A stretch of DNA of 63,992 nucleotides, counting the filler, from Dimargaris cristalligena (taxonomy: Eukaryota): assembly GCA_003614675.1 (NCBI GenBank). It is 10 parts of 10 records of this genome, joined end to end, with 100 filler letters (N's around TTAATTAATTAA, not from the genome) between each part and the next. Parts side by side here need not be neighbours in the genome. Positions count along the whole stretch, not along the records: positions 19,518 to 25,904 come from ML003523.1; positions 26,005 to 32,389 come from ML003524.1; positions 32,490 to 38,867 come from ML003525.1; 7 more parts are not named here. One strand, written 5' to 3'. Made by a program: the position numbers and the translations under genes. The notes beneath the pieces are model-generated. The model did no database searches. It worked only from the letters and a program-made list of their open reading frames with translations, and was not told the DNA's origin. This document shows, piece by piece, positions 24,604 through 36,644 of the stretch (positions are counted from its first letter, which is position 1; each line of letters begins with the position of its first letter).

Positions 24604-25891
24604 ATGGCCAAGGGGTCTTTTTTCGAAACGGCCAAGAAATCCGCGGGTCGGAGCGGCGGTGGTCCCCGCCATGGACAGCCCGCCAAAGCGGCCGGCCACA
24701 AAGCCGGCCGCGGCGGGTTCTCCGGCACTTCTCGTCCCCCCAAGCGCAAGGCCCCGGCCCATGGGGACAGTGAAATCGAGAGCGGATCCGATTCCGACGA
24801 CAATGTCAATTTACCCGGTACCCTAGACGAAATGGACCTGCGGCACCGGTACAGCGAATCCGAAAGCGAGAAGGACGAGGACGAAATGCGCTACGGTAAG
24901 GAATCGGCCGCGGCCAAACGTCTGCGTTTGTCCAAGCAGTATCTGGCCTCCGTTAAGGCGTCTGTGCAAGGCAGTCGAGCGGCGGCGGCTTCAGGTGAGG
25001 AGGGACCAGCTGTCCAATTAGAAGAAGACGCGGAGGAGAAAGAGGACGATAACCCTCTGACCGCCCTGCAATCCGAAATGGCCTACACGGGTGATTTCTT
25101 TGCCGACGATATCGACCGTGGCCTCATTGCATCCCGTTTGATTGCCGATGTGCGGGAAAAGCACGGACAGGCCCAACGCAAGGTGGTCGATACCGTTCAG
25201 TGGCCCCTCGATATAAACAGTGTCCGTACCCTCCGCGCGCATTTCCTCACCGTCACCGCGGTGGCCGTGGCCCCCAGCGGGCGCTTCATGTACAGTGGTT
25301 CCAAGGACGGCTCGATCTACCGCTGGGACCTAGCAACCGCACGCAAGACCCTCGTGGTCAAACGGGGCGGTGATGGTGGTAGCGGTGCCCCCCCCCTCCT
25401 CCAAGAAGGGCCGGAAAGGCGCCCCGGCCCGGGTCAATCCCGAAGTGTTGTGTCTCGCGGTGAGCCACGACAATAAATTCCTGGCCAGCGGGGGCCGGGA
25501 CACGAAGGTTCGCATCTGGTCCACATCCAGCCACCAGTGCCTAGCGGTATTCCACCAGCACAAGGACGCCATCACGGGCCTGGCCTTTCAACAAAGCGGA
25601 CACAACGGCAACCAGCTGTACTCCTGCTCGCTGGATCGGATGGTCAAACTCTGGAACGTCGACCAACTGAGTTACATGGAGACCCTCTTCGGTCACCAGG
25701 AAGCCATCACCGATATTGCCACGTTGAATAAAGACCACGCCGTCACCACCGGTGGTCGGGACCGTACGCTCCGGCTCTGGAAAGTTGTGGAAGAATCCCA
25801 GCTCGTGTTCCGGGGTGGTGCTAACTTTAACCCCCGGCGGGGTAAAGCCCATTCCCAGGTGGGTGTGAACCCGCCCACTTTCCCCCTTTGA
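24604..25891 (+). CDS. RRP9: U3 snoRNP WD40 protein RRP9/U3-55K; frameshift at C9 run 25388-25396; 3'-incomplete
   Basis: ESAAAKRLRLSKQYL and WD repeats YSGSKDGSIYRWD, LASGGRDTKVRIW, LYSCSLDRMVKLWN, YMETLFGHQ and RDRTLRLWKVVEESQLVFRG, spread over two overlapping frames. Confidence 0.9.
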
Positions 25892-25904
25892 AATTAAGTT
25901 TCAC

Positions 25905-26004
25905 NNNNNNNNNNNNNNNNNNNNNNNNNNNNNNNNNNNNNNNNNNNNTTAATTAATTAANNNNNNNNNNNNNNNNNNNNNNNNNNNNNNNNNNNNNNNN
26001 NNNN
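25905..26004. other. Artificial contig spacer
   Basis: N44-TTAATTAATTAA-N44. Confidence 0.99.
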
Positions 26005-26180
26005 CAGTCGCCATTTTCAAAGGCTTGGCAAACTCTCGGCTATTTATTCTACCCCCTATCTATAGACGGCCAATTGCATTACCCAGTCCAATAGCTAGGG
26101 CAGTGACCGGGCCCCGCCTGATATGATTGTTCGAACAGAACGGGTCAAGGCAATCATATGGGTATACGGACGCAAGCCCA

Positions 26181-26323
26181 ATATGGGAGGGATTCAGCCA
26201 GGCTATATAACGAAAAAGCCTTAGGATGAGGCAAGCATTACTAGTTGAAAATTGATATCCCCCTTTTGACCCATCTACATAGTTTGCTAAACCTTACAAA
26301 ACTGGGCTGAATTTCGCTCATAT
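26181..26323 (+). mobile_element. MITE-like element copy
   Basis: atatgggagggattcagccaggctatataacgaaaaa...actgggctgaatttcgctcatat, collinear with 19902-20045. Confidence 0.75.
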
Positions 26324-26988
26324 AGACAAGTGATTACCGAAATTAGTTATATTAAAATTTATTGGAGTACAATTTATGTCCAGGACATAATAACTAAGCG
26401 ATCAATAAAGACGAATCTAAAGAGGTGTGTATTCAAAGCAAACATCAGAGTGGTGGCTTGTTACTCAGTCTCCTAATAAGTAAAGGTCTACCAACTTACA
26501 TGCTCAATTGGCGTGCCAGATAAGATGCAATAGGCTATCCGCGCTGACTGCCTTACCCGTAGACTAGTGTCTCTCGGTTCAGGCCTGTGGTTTATCATCA
26601 GGTCAAAAAGGCACATGAATATACCACGATAATTGAACATAGACCTACCTTAAAACTATAGCATTGTGCGGTACGTAATGATATTACAGGAATAGGAATA
26701 CAACATATGGATAGAATAAAATTACATTGAAGTTAGTGCACCGGTTGATTTATAGGCTGTGAGGCATTAGTGATGACTAGGTACAAATGCTAAGACTGCG
26801 AGAAATTCGATGAACTTTTCTAATTTATTTTATTTTATCAATTAAAAAATATATAGATACAGTGTGAGGTTTCCTCTAACAATTTTTTAGTTAGTGGATT
26901 CTAGCCAACCACAGCCATCAAAAATAGCATTAGTGGTCTTAGGTTTATCAAATAAAGGCGAATTTTGGTATTACGTCCTCTGTAAAGG

Positions 26989-27138
26989 ATATAGGAGAAG
27001 TTCAACCAGACTGTATAATCAATAAAAAATCTATATGGTTAGGCAATACTACTGGTTGAGAAAAAATATATTGCATATTCTCATGTACCCATATCATTAA
27101 AAATTCAATACTACTGGGCTGCTGAATTTCACCCATAT
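26989..27138 (+). mobile_element. Older, CpG-free MITE-like copy
   Basis: atataggagaagttcaaccagactgtataa...ctgggctgctgaatttcacccatat. Confidence 0.65.
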
Positions 27139-27215
27139 ACCTCACTAGGGTAATACATACCCTTAATAAATTCCTTTAATCTAACTTATGTAAATTAATT
27201 TATCAATTTCCTAGC

Positions 27216-27797
27216 TATCAGACTATCTAATCCTCCTTAATCCAGACACCTTAGTATCCATCCCTGTTAGGCCTTATAGCACCATATTAACCTTCCCATT
27301 ATCACCTTTGGTACTATGGGATCACCCTATATCATATAACCCCTCCCCTTCTGGATTCCACCTCTTTAAACTAATTACTCAAGTGCTGATCCAAAGACTC
27401 TTCCAGTTACCATGAGAGTCTTCCAGATACTAGTGATTATCCAGTTAGCCTATTTACCTTTACTGTAGCCTCAGTAGTATTCTTCCCTTGGGACCTCCAT
27501 CTGGAGTTATCCCCATGTATATATAACCAGGCCCCATTGGGACTAGTTAGATTCCTTAGCTTATTCTTACCCCTTAGTTTACCCCAATAAACTCTATATA
27601 TACTCACCCCCTTGTACTAACTAGTAAGTGTGCCTGCTGTACATCCCCTGCTTATACCTGCACTTAAGCCTTTATTAGTTAGTACTGTGTCTGTACCTAA
27701 TGCTAGTAGCCTACTTGGCTAAGTCTAAGCCCTGTCTACTATTAGAGGCCTATCCTTGGGACTCTTGATAGACTAAGAGTGGTAAACCTGGGTAATA
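27216..27797 (+). mobile_element. Degenerate LTR, same family as 12175-12724
   Basis: Collinear blocks such as agcttattctta, caataaactctatata, cttggctaag and gggactcttga.agactaagagt. No intact TSD seen. Confidence 0.75.
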
Positions 27798-28784
27798 AGT
27801 ATACTTAAAAAATAAAACTTTGGTAAAGGTAAACTAAAGGGGATTAATGATTAGAATAGAGGGAATATCTAGTTTGAATTATAATCTAGGTAATCAAAAT
27901 TCAATTCAGTTAACAAATCTTATATCCAGGCTATGCAAGTCAACAATTTTGAATTGTGTTTTTATATATATATTTATAATTATATGGAACCTGGAACAAC
28001 CAATAGACTATTTAGCCCATAAATCCCATTGTATTTGTACCAAGATGCCATTGAATGCCTGGGGTGGCAACTCAAGTGAGCTACTGTAGATAATCAAGAA
28101 GGGTTGGAGGATGGATATCCCCCCTATAGTTATTCAAAGGGAATACACTGTTTGAGGAAGAGTAGGCAGCCAATGTGTGGGGGGTTTTTTTTTGAGGGGT
28201 CAAGGGTCATCTCCAGGCAACTTGGGATATAGACCCTTCTGGCATAACACAGTCACTAATTAGTTATCAACTGACACCTTATTAACCACTTCATATTGAA
28301 AACATGGACTTTGCATTTTACCTACCCTAAATCAAATTATTTACTATTACAATGGCCCAACTCTACATAGACATTTCTATATATTATATATCTATTTTTG
28401 ATGTTTGGATAGACTAGTCAAAAAGGCAGTGGGTGCCATTGAAACCCAGTGGTAAGTAGGAGTGTGTGCCCACTTCAGTTGGATCTTCCCCATCCTAATT
28501 ATGTAGGCAGGTTAGGAAGGCTTACCCAGTGAACCTATTATTAAAAGCAAAATCGGAGAACTGTTTTATTTAGGTCCTATGTAATCAGCCAGTATGCGAG
28601 AAGAAATTAGGGACTGTGGATATATATCCGGATGCAAAAGGGATAGGGCCTCAATAATGGAAAGTTGTCTCCCGATTTAACAAGTTATGTCAGTGCAGCA
28701 GGCAGGCCTATTTCAGTTACGCTCGCTAATATGGGTAATGTACTGTGGGGAAGGTCAGTGTAGTTTCTAACATTTCCTGGTTTC

Positions 28785-29245
28785 TCATTTTTGGTCCGGA
28801 ATAATAAAAATAATAACATCCAAGGGTTTTATAGTAGTGGTAACCCCTTCCCTATTTTTCATGGTAACCGTATGGGCCTTCTTGTCTATTTTGATAACAA
28901 AGCCATCAAACCACGTCTCGGGCGTTAAGCGATAGGCATATTGGAAATACACTAGACATCCGGGATTAAATTAAGGTACGAACCAGCGCATAGTTAGACA
29001 TTTATACATAAATACATAGCAATAGTCCATGTGGTATTAGTATACTCATTCATCTCACCATGTTTAACCACCCCAGTCGAGTATAATATTCACATAAAGA
29101 TGATGGTGAAACTATCAGCGGAAGATTGGGGCTGGATAAAGTGACAATGTATTTCAAATGTAATGACAGGTTCGGTAATAGTCATAATAAAGAAAGAGTT
29201 CACTGCCTTACGGTTAATGTATATATTTTTCCAAATGCCAGAATT
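28785..29245 (-). pseudogene. Possible small multi-exon gene or pseudogene of unknown family
   Basis: Candidate exons 29245-29212, 29131-29059 and 28951-28785 have GT/AG ends. The last reads VYFQYAYRLTPETWFDGFVIKIDKKAHTVTMKNREG...PDQK*. The middle exon has an in-frame TGA at 29092-29090. Confidence 0.3.
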
Positions 29246-32200
29246 CTGTTGAAGGTACATGTTACTTAGCAATACAGCTTCAAATATGGTTGGTGAGCGG
29301 CAGGGTGACAGGGTGTATTATTGAACTAAACCGGAAGGTTCAGTTGAAGAGAGTCAAGGGAATTCGATTGTCAAAATCGTAAAGCGTAAGTGAGAGGTAG
29401 ATAATCAACATCCTATTTTCTACGGGGCGGTGGCATGGCTTATATACAAATTAAGCTAGACTTGGTCGTCAAGGCTGGACCAGCCGAAGAATTTAGCAAG
29501 TGATGTAAGGAATTTAAAATTAAAGTATTAATTGATTTCATAAGGGTCGCTTAAAATTGCAGGCATTAGTGGATTTCCCTTGACTAGTTCCTTCATGCTA
29601 CAAGGTGTGCTGAATTTGATGCGATGATGGCACTGTTGGCACCTGGAGGCTAGTCACACCACCATTAGAGAAATTATAATGCTTTGACTTTCAAATGAGC
29701 ATATTCAGCTAAGGGGCACTGATGTCTGCGATAGATGCATGAAATTAATCAACTTAAGAAAAGGCACAGCCCGATTCGGACTTTTGCAATAATAAACATC
29801 ATTCTTACTATAATTTACAATGGGATGTGCGGCCTGGGCGAAGTGTGTAGGCAATCTGCCATGTGAACACATCAGGTTGTTGAAAAAATGCCAAGTAGAA
29901 CTAATTAGAAGTGTGGTGTGAAGGGAGACACCAACTTACTGGCCATCAGCCGTCTATATTGCAGTTGATCAAATCAGGCATGCTCATAGAGTATTGGTAA
30001 TGCAATTTATGTATACATCAAGTTTTATATATCGCCTAATTGTTGATTAAAAAAAGGAATGTGGATGTAAGATCAAAGCTGTTATATTTTGGTCGAGTAG
30101 TCCAATAGGCCAATTAGGAAACTATGGCGATATAGAAAGTATGAGATACATGATGGATCTAAACAGGATAATGCCTATCCACTTCTATGTCAATTCGCTG
30201 ATTGTGCCATTTGTGTTGGAGTTGCCAAGTTAGACCCATGGCTATGGGAACAAAGACGCATTAGTCCTGTAAATAATTGCACAGGGCGTGGGCGAATTTT
30301 ATTCCAACTGTATTGGTTTTTGAATAAAATCAATAATGGATAACTAGGTGAGAATACTATATTTGACGAATATAATCGGGCATTTCCAACTAATTTGACG
30401 CTACTAGACCTCACCCACGTTCCCCCATTCACGCCTGCGGAGACCTTTGTAGCTTTTTTAAAGGGCCTTTTACATATCGAAGTGCACTCTCTTAGCTACA
30501 CCAACCAGGACATTTTTACCAACTAGAATGGAGTAGTACCAATCCAATTGATTGCGGATCTGCTCAATATCATCCAGTTTTTTTAGTAATATTGGCTGGG
30601 AGAACAGCAAACCTGGCGAAGCCGAGAATACCAGATTAACACTAGCAAGGTATCAAGCGTAGGTGCACATAGTAAATTGTTATGTATACGAGTGCGTTTA
30701 GTTTGAAGATATTGGGCAGTGGATTTTGAAGTTAGTCAATAATACTTTTTTCCTGGGGTTACAAACCCACCAACACAAAAGTAGTTATATAATAGCTTCT
30801 AATTAATGCACAAATATCAAGATGAGGCAGATTTTATCTAAAGACACAAGCAAAACAATGTATGGCTTGGTTTGGGATATACAGTGGAAATTTTATAGGT
30901 AATTAGATAGTTTGAATGGTAAACATCCAATATTATACAAACTGACAGTCTAATATGACTTAGAATAGTGATAACCATCATGGTGTATGTGTTAGTAAGG
31001 CAATCCAATCCCCTAGTAGTCCACACATGTTGGTTTTTTAATAATTCCGGCTGTGTGAGGCCCCTTGACCTTGACCTTTCAAAAAGACATATGAGGGTGC
31101 CATCAATCTAGATCCCTAAGTACATAGTAATATCTAGAAAAGGGAGTGTTTGTCAGTGAAGATGACATTAGAGGGCTTCATAGGAATTTAAATGGAAGAA
31201 TCAGAAAGAATCTGCTGAGATATAAAGACAAAACAATAAAACTGAAAGTAAAGGAAGAAAACAGCTAGTAGATGGTAAGTGCCTCTATATAAGTTTTATT
31301 AAATGGTGAGGTGCTGAACTAAACAAAACTAGGTAAAAGTGTAATTAGCACCTGAAGCCAAGGTGATAAAATGTGACTTTTTCTGGGTACAAGGAGAAAG
31401 AAGAACAGGGAGGTAAACTGAGTAGTAGCTAATAGTCACCTGAAGCTAAGGTGGTATTAGTGTCCTACAAGGGGTCAAAGGGTCAGATAACAATGTCTAG
31501 GAAGTAAGGGGCCAAAGTTGTCTGTCCTTTCAAGGGGATGGATAAGGGGTGTATTTATAGTTTTTCATCAGAGGGGAAACATAGGGAGAATCAGAGGGAA
31601 ATAATAGATTAGTCATTAACATGAGAACTTATGCATATGATAGAACTATAAACTAATCAGACTAGACTAGGCACCTGGAAAGGCTTAGTATAAACAGAAA
31701 GTCCAATCAGTGGGATAGTGGGCTGGTAGTTATGTGAAATATAGCCAATGGACAGAAAAAACCAATCAGTGAGCTGGTGGTATGTGGTTATGTGAAACAT
31801 GGCCAATGAATAGAAAAGAGAGAAGGTGAGAGGAATGGAAAATGTAATGTGGTGTAGGCACCACAACAGTGTGATCAGTAGTGTGAATTATAAGTGGTTA
31901 AAGTGAGAGTGGTCACAGGTTAACTAAATAAACTAACATGGTTAGTGGAAATAGGATAGGACAAAAGACCCACTGGGACATTTTTTTTAACAAATTCACC
32001 ATTGTCAACTTTTGAGTAGCCCATTTGCCAAGTGGCAGCAGTGGTCAGTTTATTTGGGCCATAGTAGGCCATATGCCTTGCACAACTCCTATTTCCCAAT
32101 AATTTTCCAAGCATGGCTCCCTCAGTATGGCCTAGTTAGTCTTATGTTGAAGAATTAAGTAAGAGTGGATTATATTGAATATGTGAGGAGTATAGCAGGG

Positions 32201-32329
32201 CAGTGCTTCAATTTCGCACTACCTAGTAGGGTGCTGGATGTAATGGATAGAGGCAGCAATGACTATTTATATTTCAATATAGTGTTATAAAGTAAGGTAT
32301 CAAAGCTATGATAAGAATAATGATATTAA

Positions 32330-32389
32330 TGTCGCCCCTCCTAATCCGTCCTAATCCAACCGATATGACCGCCGTCATATCAGGCCGTA
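32330..32389 (+). mobile_element. Start of a CpG-retaining LTR copy, cut by contig end
   Basis: tgtcgcccctcctaatccgtcctaat aligns with tgttgacccacctagtccatcctaaa (12175) and tatcagactatctaatcctccttaat (27216). Confidence 0.65.
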
Positions 32390-32489
32390 NNNNNNNNNNN
32401 NNNNNNNNNNNNNNNNNNNNNNNNNNNNNNNNNTTAATTAATTAANNNNNNNNNNNNNNNNNNNNNNNNNNNNNNNNNNNNNNNNNNNN
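32390..32489. other. Artificial contig spacer
   Basis: N44-TTAATTAATTAA-N44. Confidence 0.99.
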
Positions 32490-32562
32490 AACTTTTGACC
32501 AGTAATATTCACCTCATCAAATGGATTATTCGTTATACAGCCTGGATGAATATCTGCCATAT
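32490..32562 (-). mobile_element. Partial MITE-like copy at contig start
   Basis: cagtaatatt...aatggattattcgttatacagcctggatgaa matches 6533-6582. Confidence 0.7.
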
Positions 32563-34025
32563 TGAACTATACATGCCCTTCCTTGGTCGCCTCTTATATT
32601 TACAGTATAGTTATAGCCATGTATCGTGTATCCCGCTATCGCTGGGCCAGGGTCTACGTTCACCCTGGTATAGCTTATGCATGAGTAGTAATCCCAACTG
32701 CCCCCCCTCCGTTCTTTTGAGGATTTCTTACACTGTGCATTTAGTATTTGCATTTATTCCTACTGCAGTCGCATTAATACTTGCGGCTCTCCCGTTCTAA
32801 GAATAAACAAATGACTAAACCCTTGTTATAGTTATGAAATATTTATATTTCGAGTATTTTTATTATTATTATGAATGCCTCTATTTAGATTCCCAGATGC
32901 CCAGTGGCAGAGATCCTGATACTAATCCTCATTGGATTCGTTTTACTTAGTTCCCCCGCTGCCTAAAAAGCTCTACATGGATCGCATGGTTTGCCATTAT
33001 AGCAAGTTAAAGCTTAGGTTCTTTAGGGGAAAAGCATGGCTGGCCTTGGGATCAATCCTGGTTATAAAGGGGGCTAGCTGAGACGTGCATTCACCAGTGC
33101 ACAGGGCTAACCTTAAGTCGCCAAGTCAACAATCAGGTTCATTTACTAATCAATATTAAATGGGCCAAATACGGTACTCGGGCTGCATAATTAAATGAAA
33201 TCGGGGTCGGTTTTATAGGCTACACTATTATAGCGAAATAATGGACCAGCATAGGGGTTATACATGAGCAAATGCCATCCGGGGATGGGCTAAAGAAATA
33301 TGAGAAATTTGCCAAAATAGTATGGGTGTTCTGAGCCGCCAATTGGAATTGTGGACATGTCAGATTATACCAATTCAGCCAATGGTAGGTGGTGTTGTTT
33401 AAAACAAATAGAGCTGGTGGAAAGTGAACCGTAAATATAAAATAACCAAGGTATAGCAACTTAAACGGTCGGTGGTAGTCGTGTTATGGGAATAAGGTAC
33501 ACATACGTATAGATATGTATATAAGCGTAATTTGATCAGTGCATCTGGATAATTTAAATAAGAGAAGGAAAGAAAGAAAAGACATTAGAGGAATTAGTAA
33601 GAGTGGTCATTACAAGAGACCGGCTCAACCGCCGAGGAACAGCACTGGGGTGTCAATCAAGGTAAAAAAAGCAGGCACCATTAAGGACGTGTTAACTGAA
33701 TGACTTCGGATAAAGGAAAATGAAATAAATCATGAATAAAAAATAAAATCGAAAAAGTAGCAAGGGGAAAAAATTGACAAACAATGTGCTAAAAATATTG
33801 CAAAGTCAATACCTAAATGTCCGAAGGATAGGTACTACCCCGGCAGTATGCTAAAATATGTATAACTGTAGCGAGGATAACGGGCACCCGTCATTCGGGT
33901 TATCTTCTACCCGGCGGGTTAAACAGGAAGGTACACGGTACGAGCAAGGTGTAAATAAACATGGTACGGCTATGGCCTTATACACTTGCATCAAAAGGTA
34001 AGGGAGTGAAGCTACTCCACAAGGC

Positions 34026-35204
34026 CTAGTGCTTAGAGGACGAGGGAATAGTCGTACACTGGGAAAAAGGACCCAGCATCTTCTTCCATAAAGAAAGACG
34101 CGGGGGGAGTTCGGAAATCGAGACTCGAGATTCCGCATCAGAGTCCTGGGCAGCCGTGGTGGAAGGGTGGAGGGATGGGCTAGACGGAGGCGCAAGAGTA
34201 AGGGGCGGGTCCGTGAATTGTAGGAGTTGGGAGGTCGGAGTTGGAATCAAGGGGAGGGAAGGGGCACTCGATACGGCCGAATCGCAAGGGGGTGGGTTGA
34301 TATCGGCGGTGAATGGTGGGTCGTGAAGAGCAGTTTCAACTATAGACACGGGGGTTATTGGGTCGGAGCCCTCGTCAACCGCGGACGAAGGGACTGGGTC
34401 GACAAAAACCGGTTTGGCAGAGGTTGCGTGGGCCCGTTTAAACCCCCGACGGGTCCAGGTGCCGGCCTTTTTAAAGGAGGATGAGAGTGAAACTAGATTA
34501 CCGATGGAGTGGCGTTTGGCTATGGGGGACTCGGGGGCGGGGGTCGAGGGAGTTATAGGGGTGATTGGGGACTCTGGCAGCTCATCCGACGGCTCAGGCT
34601 CCGAAATAGACTCCGAGCTGAGAGCCGAAGGGGCATTGATGATAGATTCCCGCTTGCGTCGGAAAGGCAGGGACCAGCGTTTGCCGCTGCCAATGGAGGA
34701 AGCACCGCTACCACTACCACTACCACTGCCCGTGCCACTACCGCCGAGGGAGTCGTCTATAAGGTGGTCGGGTGGGAGCCAGGCAATGGAGTCGGCCCGG
34801 GGCGACAGGGGCGGGACCTCTTGTCGGATACTGGACTTGCGGGTGGAAGGCTTTTGACTAATGCAGCTAGAGCGGAAGACGTTTTGCTCCTCAAAGGAAT
34901 CGCGGGGGTCGCTAGGAAAAGCTCTGAGGTTCAGTTCCGGATGGATATACCCCTGCAGGTCGGTAGTGAAGGTAGCGGGTACGCTCGTCGCACCGGTCGG
35001 GCGGGGCTCCTTGGATGTGAGTTTGGCATGGGCGGCGCGGACATCTGTTAAAGCGGAAGTATCCTCGGCACTCAGGTCGGCGGTGGTGGTGGAATCCAGG
35101 TATTTTTCAAAAGCGGACATAAGTTCGGTAGAGAAGCTCAGGGTCATGGGACGACCGGCCCCCAGCCGATAGGTCTGGGGCTCAATGTAGTAGGAGGTGT
35201 TCAT
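34026..35204 (-). CDS. Hypothetical Ser/Pro-rich, probably disordered protein (~392 aa)
   Basis: Long GC-rich ORF; plausible ATG at 35204 (MNTSYYIEPQTYRLG); no recognisable domain. Confidence 0.7.
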   Translation of the reverse strand: MNTSYYIEPQTYRLGAGRPMTLSFSTELMSAFEKYLDSTTTADLSAEDTSALTDVRAAHAKLTSKEPRPTGATSVPATFTTDLQGYIHPELNLRAFPSDPRDSFEEQNVFRSSCISQKPSTRKSSIRQEVPPLSPRADSIAWLPPDHLIDDSLGGSGTGSGSGSGSGASSIGSGKRWSLPFRRKRESIINAPSALSSESISEPEPSDELPESPITPITPSTPAPESPIAKRHSIGNLVSLSSSFKKAGTWTRRGFKRAHATSAKPVFVDPVPSSAVDEGSDPITPVSIVETALHDPPFTADINPPPCDSAVSSAPSLPLIPTPTSQLLQFTDPPLTLAPPSSPSLHPSTTAAQDSDAESRVSISELPPRLSLWKKMLGPFSQCTTIPSSSKH

Positions 35205-36644
35205 GACGGGGTTCGCCTGGGGGAATATAGGGGAAATAAAGCGGAGGAAAAGGGGTCCAGAATAGGCTGGCTGGGGTATGAAGGGGACAGGCTCCCACGC
35301 AAAGTCCAGGGTAGCGAGTGGAAAATAACTGCAAGAACAATCAATAATAACAATAATAATACTACTAATAGTAATAATAGTGGCCAAGGTAGCTATGCGG
35401 AAATAGAAAATAAAAGGAGAGGAGAGGCTAGAGTAGGCATAAAACCAAAACAACTAGCGAGGCAGTATTTATAATATATATAAAAAAAACTCGAAAGGTG
35501 GGACAAGCGGTACTTAAAAACCAGCCGGACGAAAATGCGGGCACACAGTTTTGGCGTGGGCGGCAAGGTGGATGAGTCGTTAGGAGAGAAAAGAACCACG
35601 GCTTGGCCAAAGGGGTCACGGCTGGTGTAACGCAGGACAATCGCGGGGTATATGCGCATATAGACGGAGGCCACAGTGGCGGCAATAGTCTTCACGGGCA
35701 GTCAGTTATAAGGAAGCCCAACAGGAGCGGGCTGCCGCTTCATTTCTTCTTACTCTTCTTCATATTATTAATAATAAAGAACATGTTCTCTGCGAACTCC
35801 TCGCCCTCTTGGAGCTTTGCAGATGGATGCGCTCCTTTGCTTTGACTTTGGCTTTGATACAGCTTCGAGCCCCAGACGCCGTATCTGTGCGCTGGTGAAT
35901 ACCCACTCTCACTGAGCCCAGTGTGAAGTCCCCCCACCCAACAACCCACGGATCTGGTCAATCTGCACCCCACTGCTTTCTTCGGCGCCTGAATGGAGAG
36001 AAAGAGAGAGAGAGAGGCCCTCAGCCCGAGTGGTATTCCAGACAGCGTCTCCCTGTACCATCGGTCATCGCTCGATGACTTCTCCATGACTAGGCTACGA
36101 TGTCGAGCGCCACCCAACGTACACTCGGGACTTTCCGGCCAGGCATTCGTGCCTGGATCATGCAACGCCATCCGCACGACGACCAGCCTGGGTTCCTTGT
36201 CTGAGCACCCTCCTTATCTCTGACTGACAGGTATTTTATGAAAAAAGCGGCTGCGCATACAGCGCGCTCCTGTCTCGTAGAAGATGTATATTATATACCC
36301 CACTACCCCTTCATTCTACCCCCCTCCTGGTTCGACGTATGCGCAACTCAAATAATCACATCACCCCCTGCTGTGAACCTTCCTTCAAAGGTTCACCCCC
36401 CTCAGACGTATCCTTTGACTCGTAGACTGTCTCCGAATCCACTTCCTACTCAGGAATGTCCCCTTCGGCGGGCCGATTAAACCCAGATATTCCATGTATC
36501 AGCCCAACCGGTCTTCAGATGTACATACGGCGGTATTCATTGATTCGTAAACTTTTCATTGTTATTTAACTACGGTCAATTTAACTTTAAAATGACTGAT
36601 TTTCCAATGCAGAAACGACCTTCTAGGCCACAACCATCGGCCAG

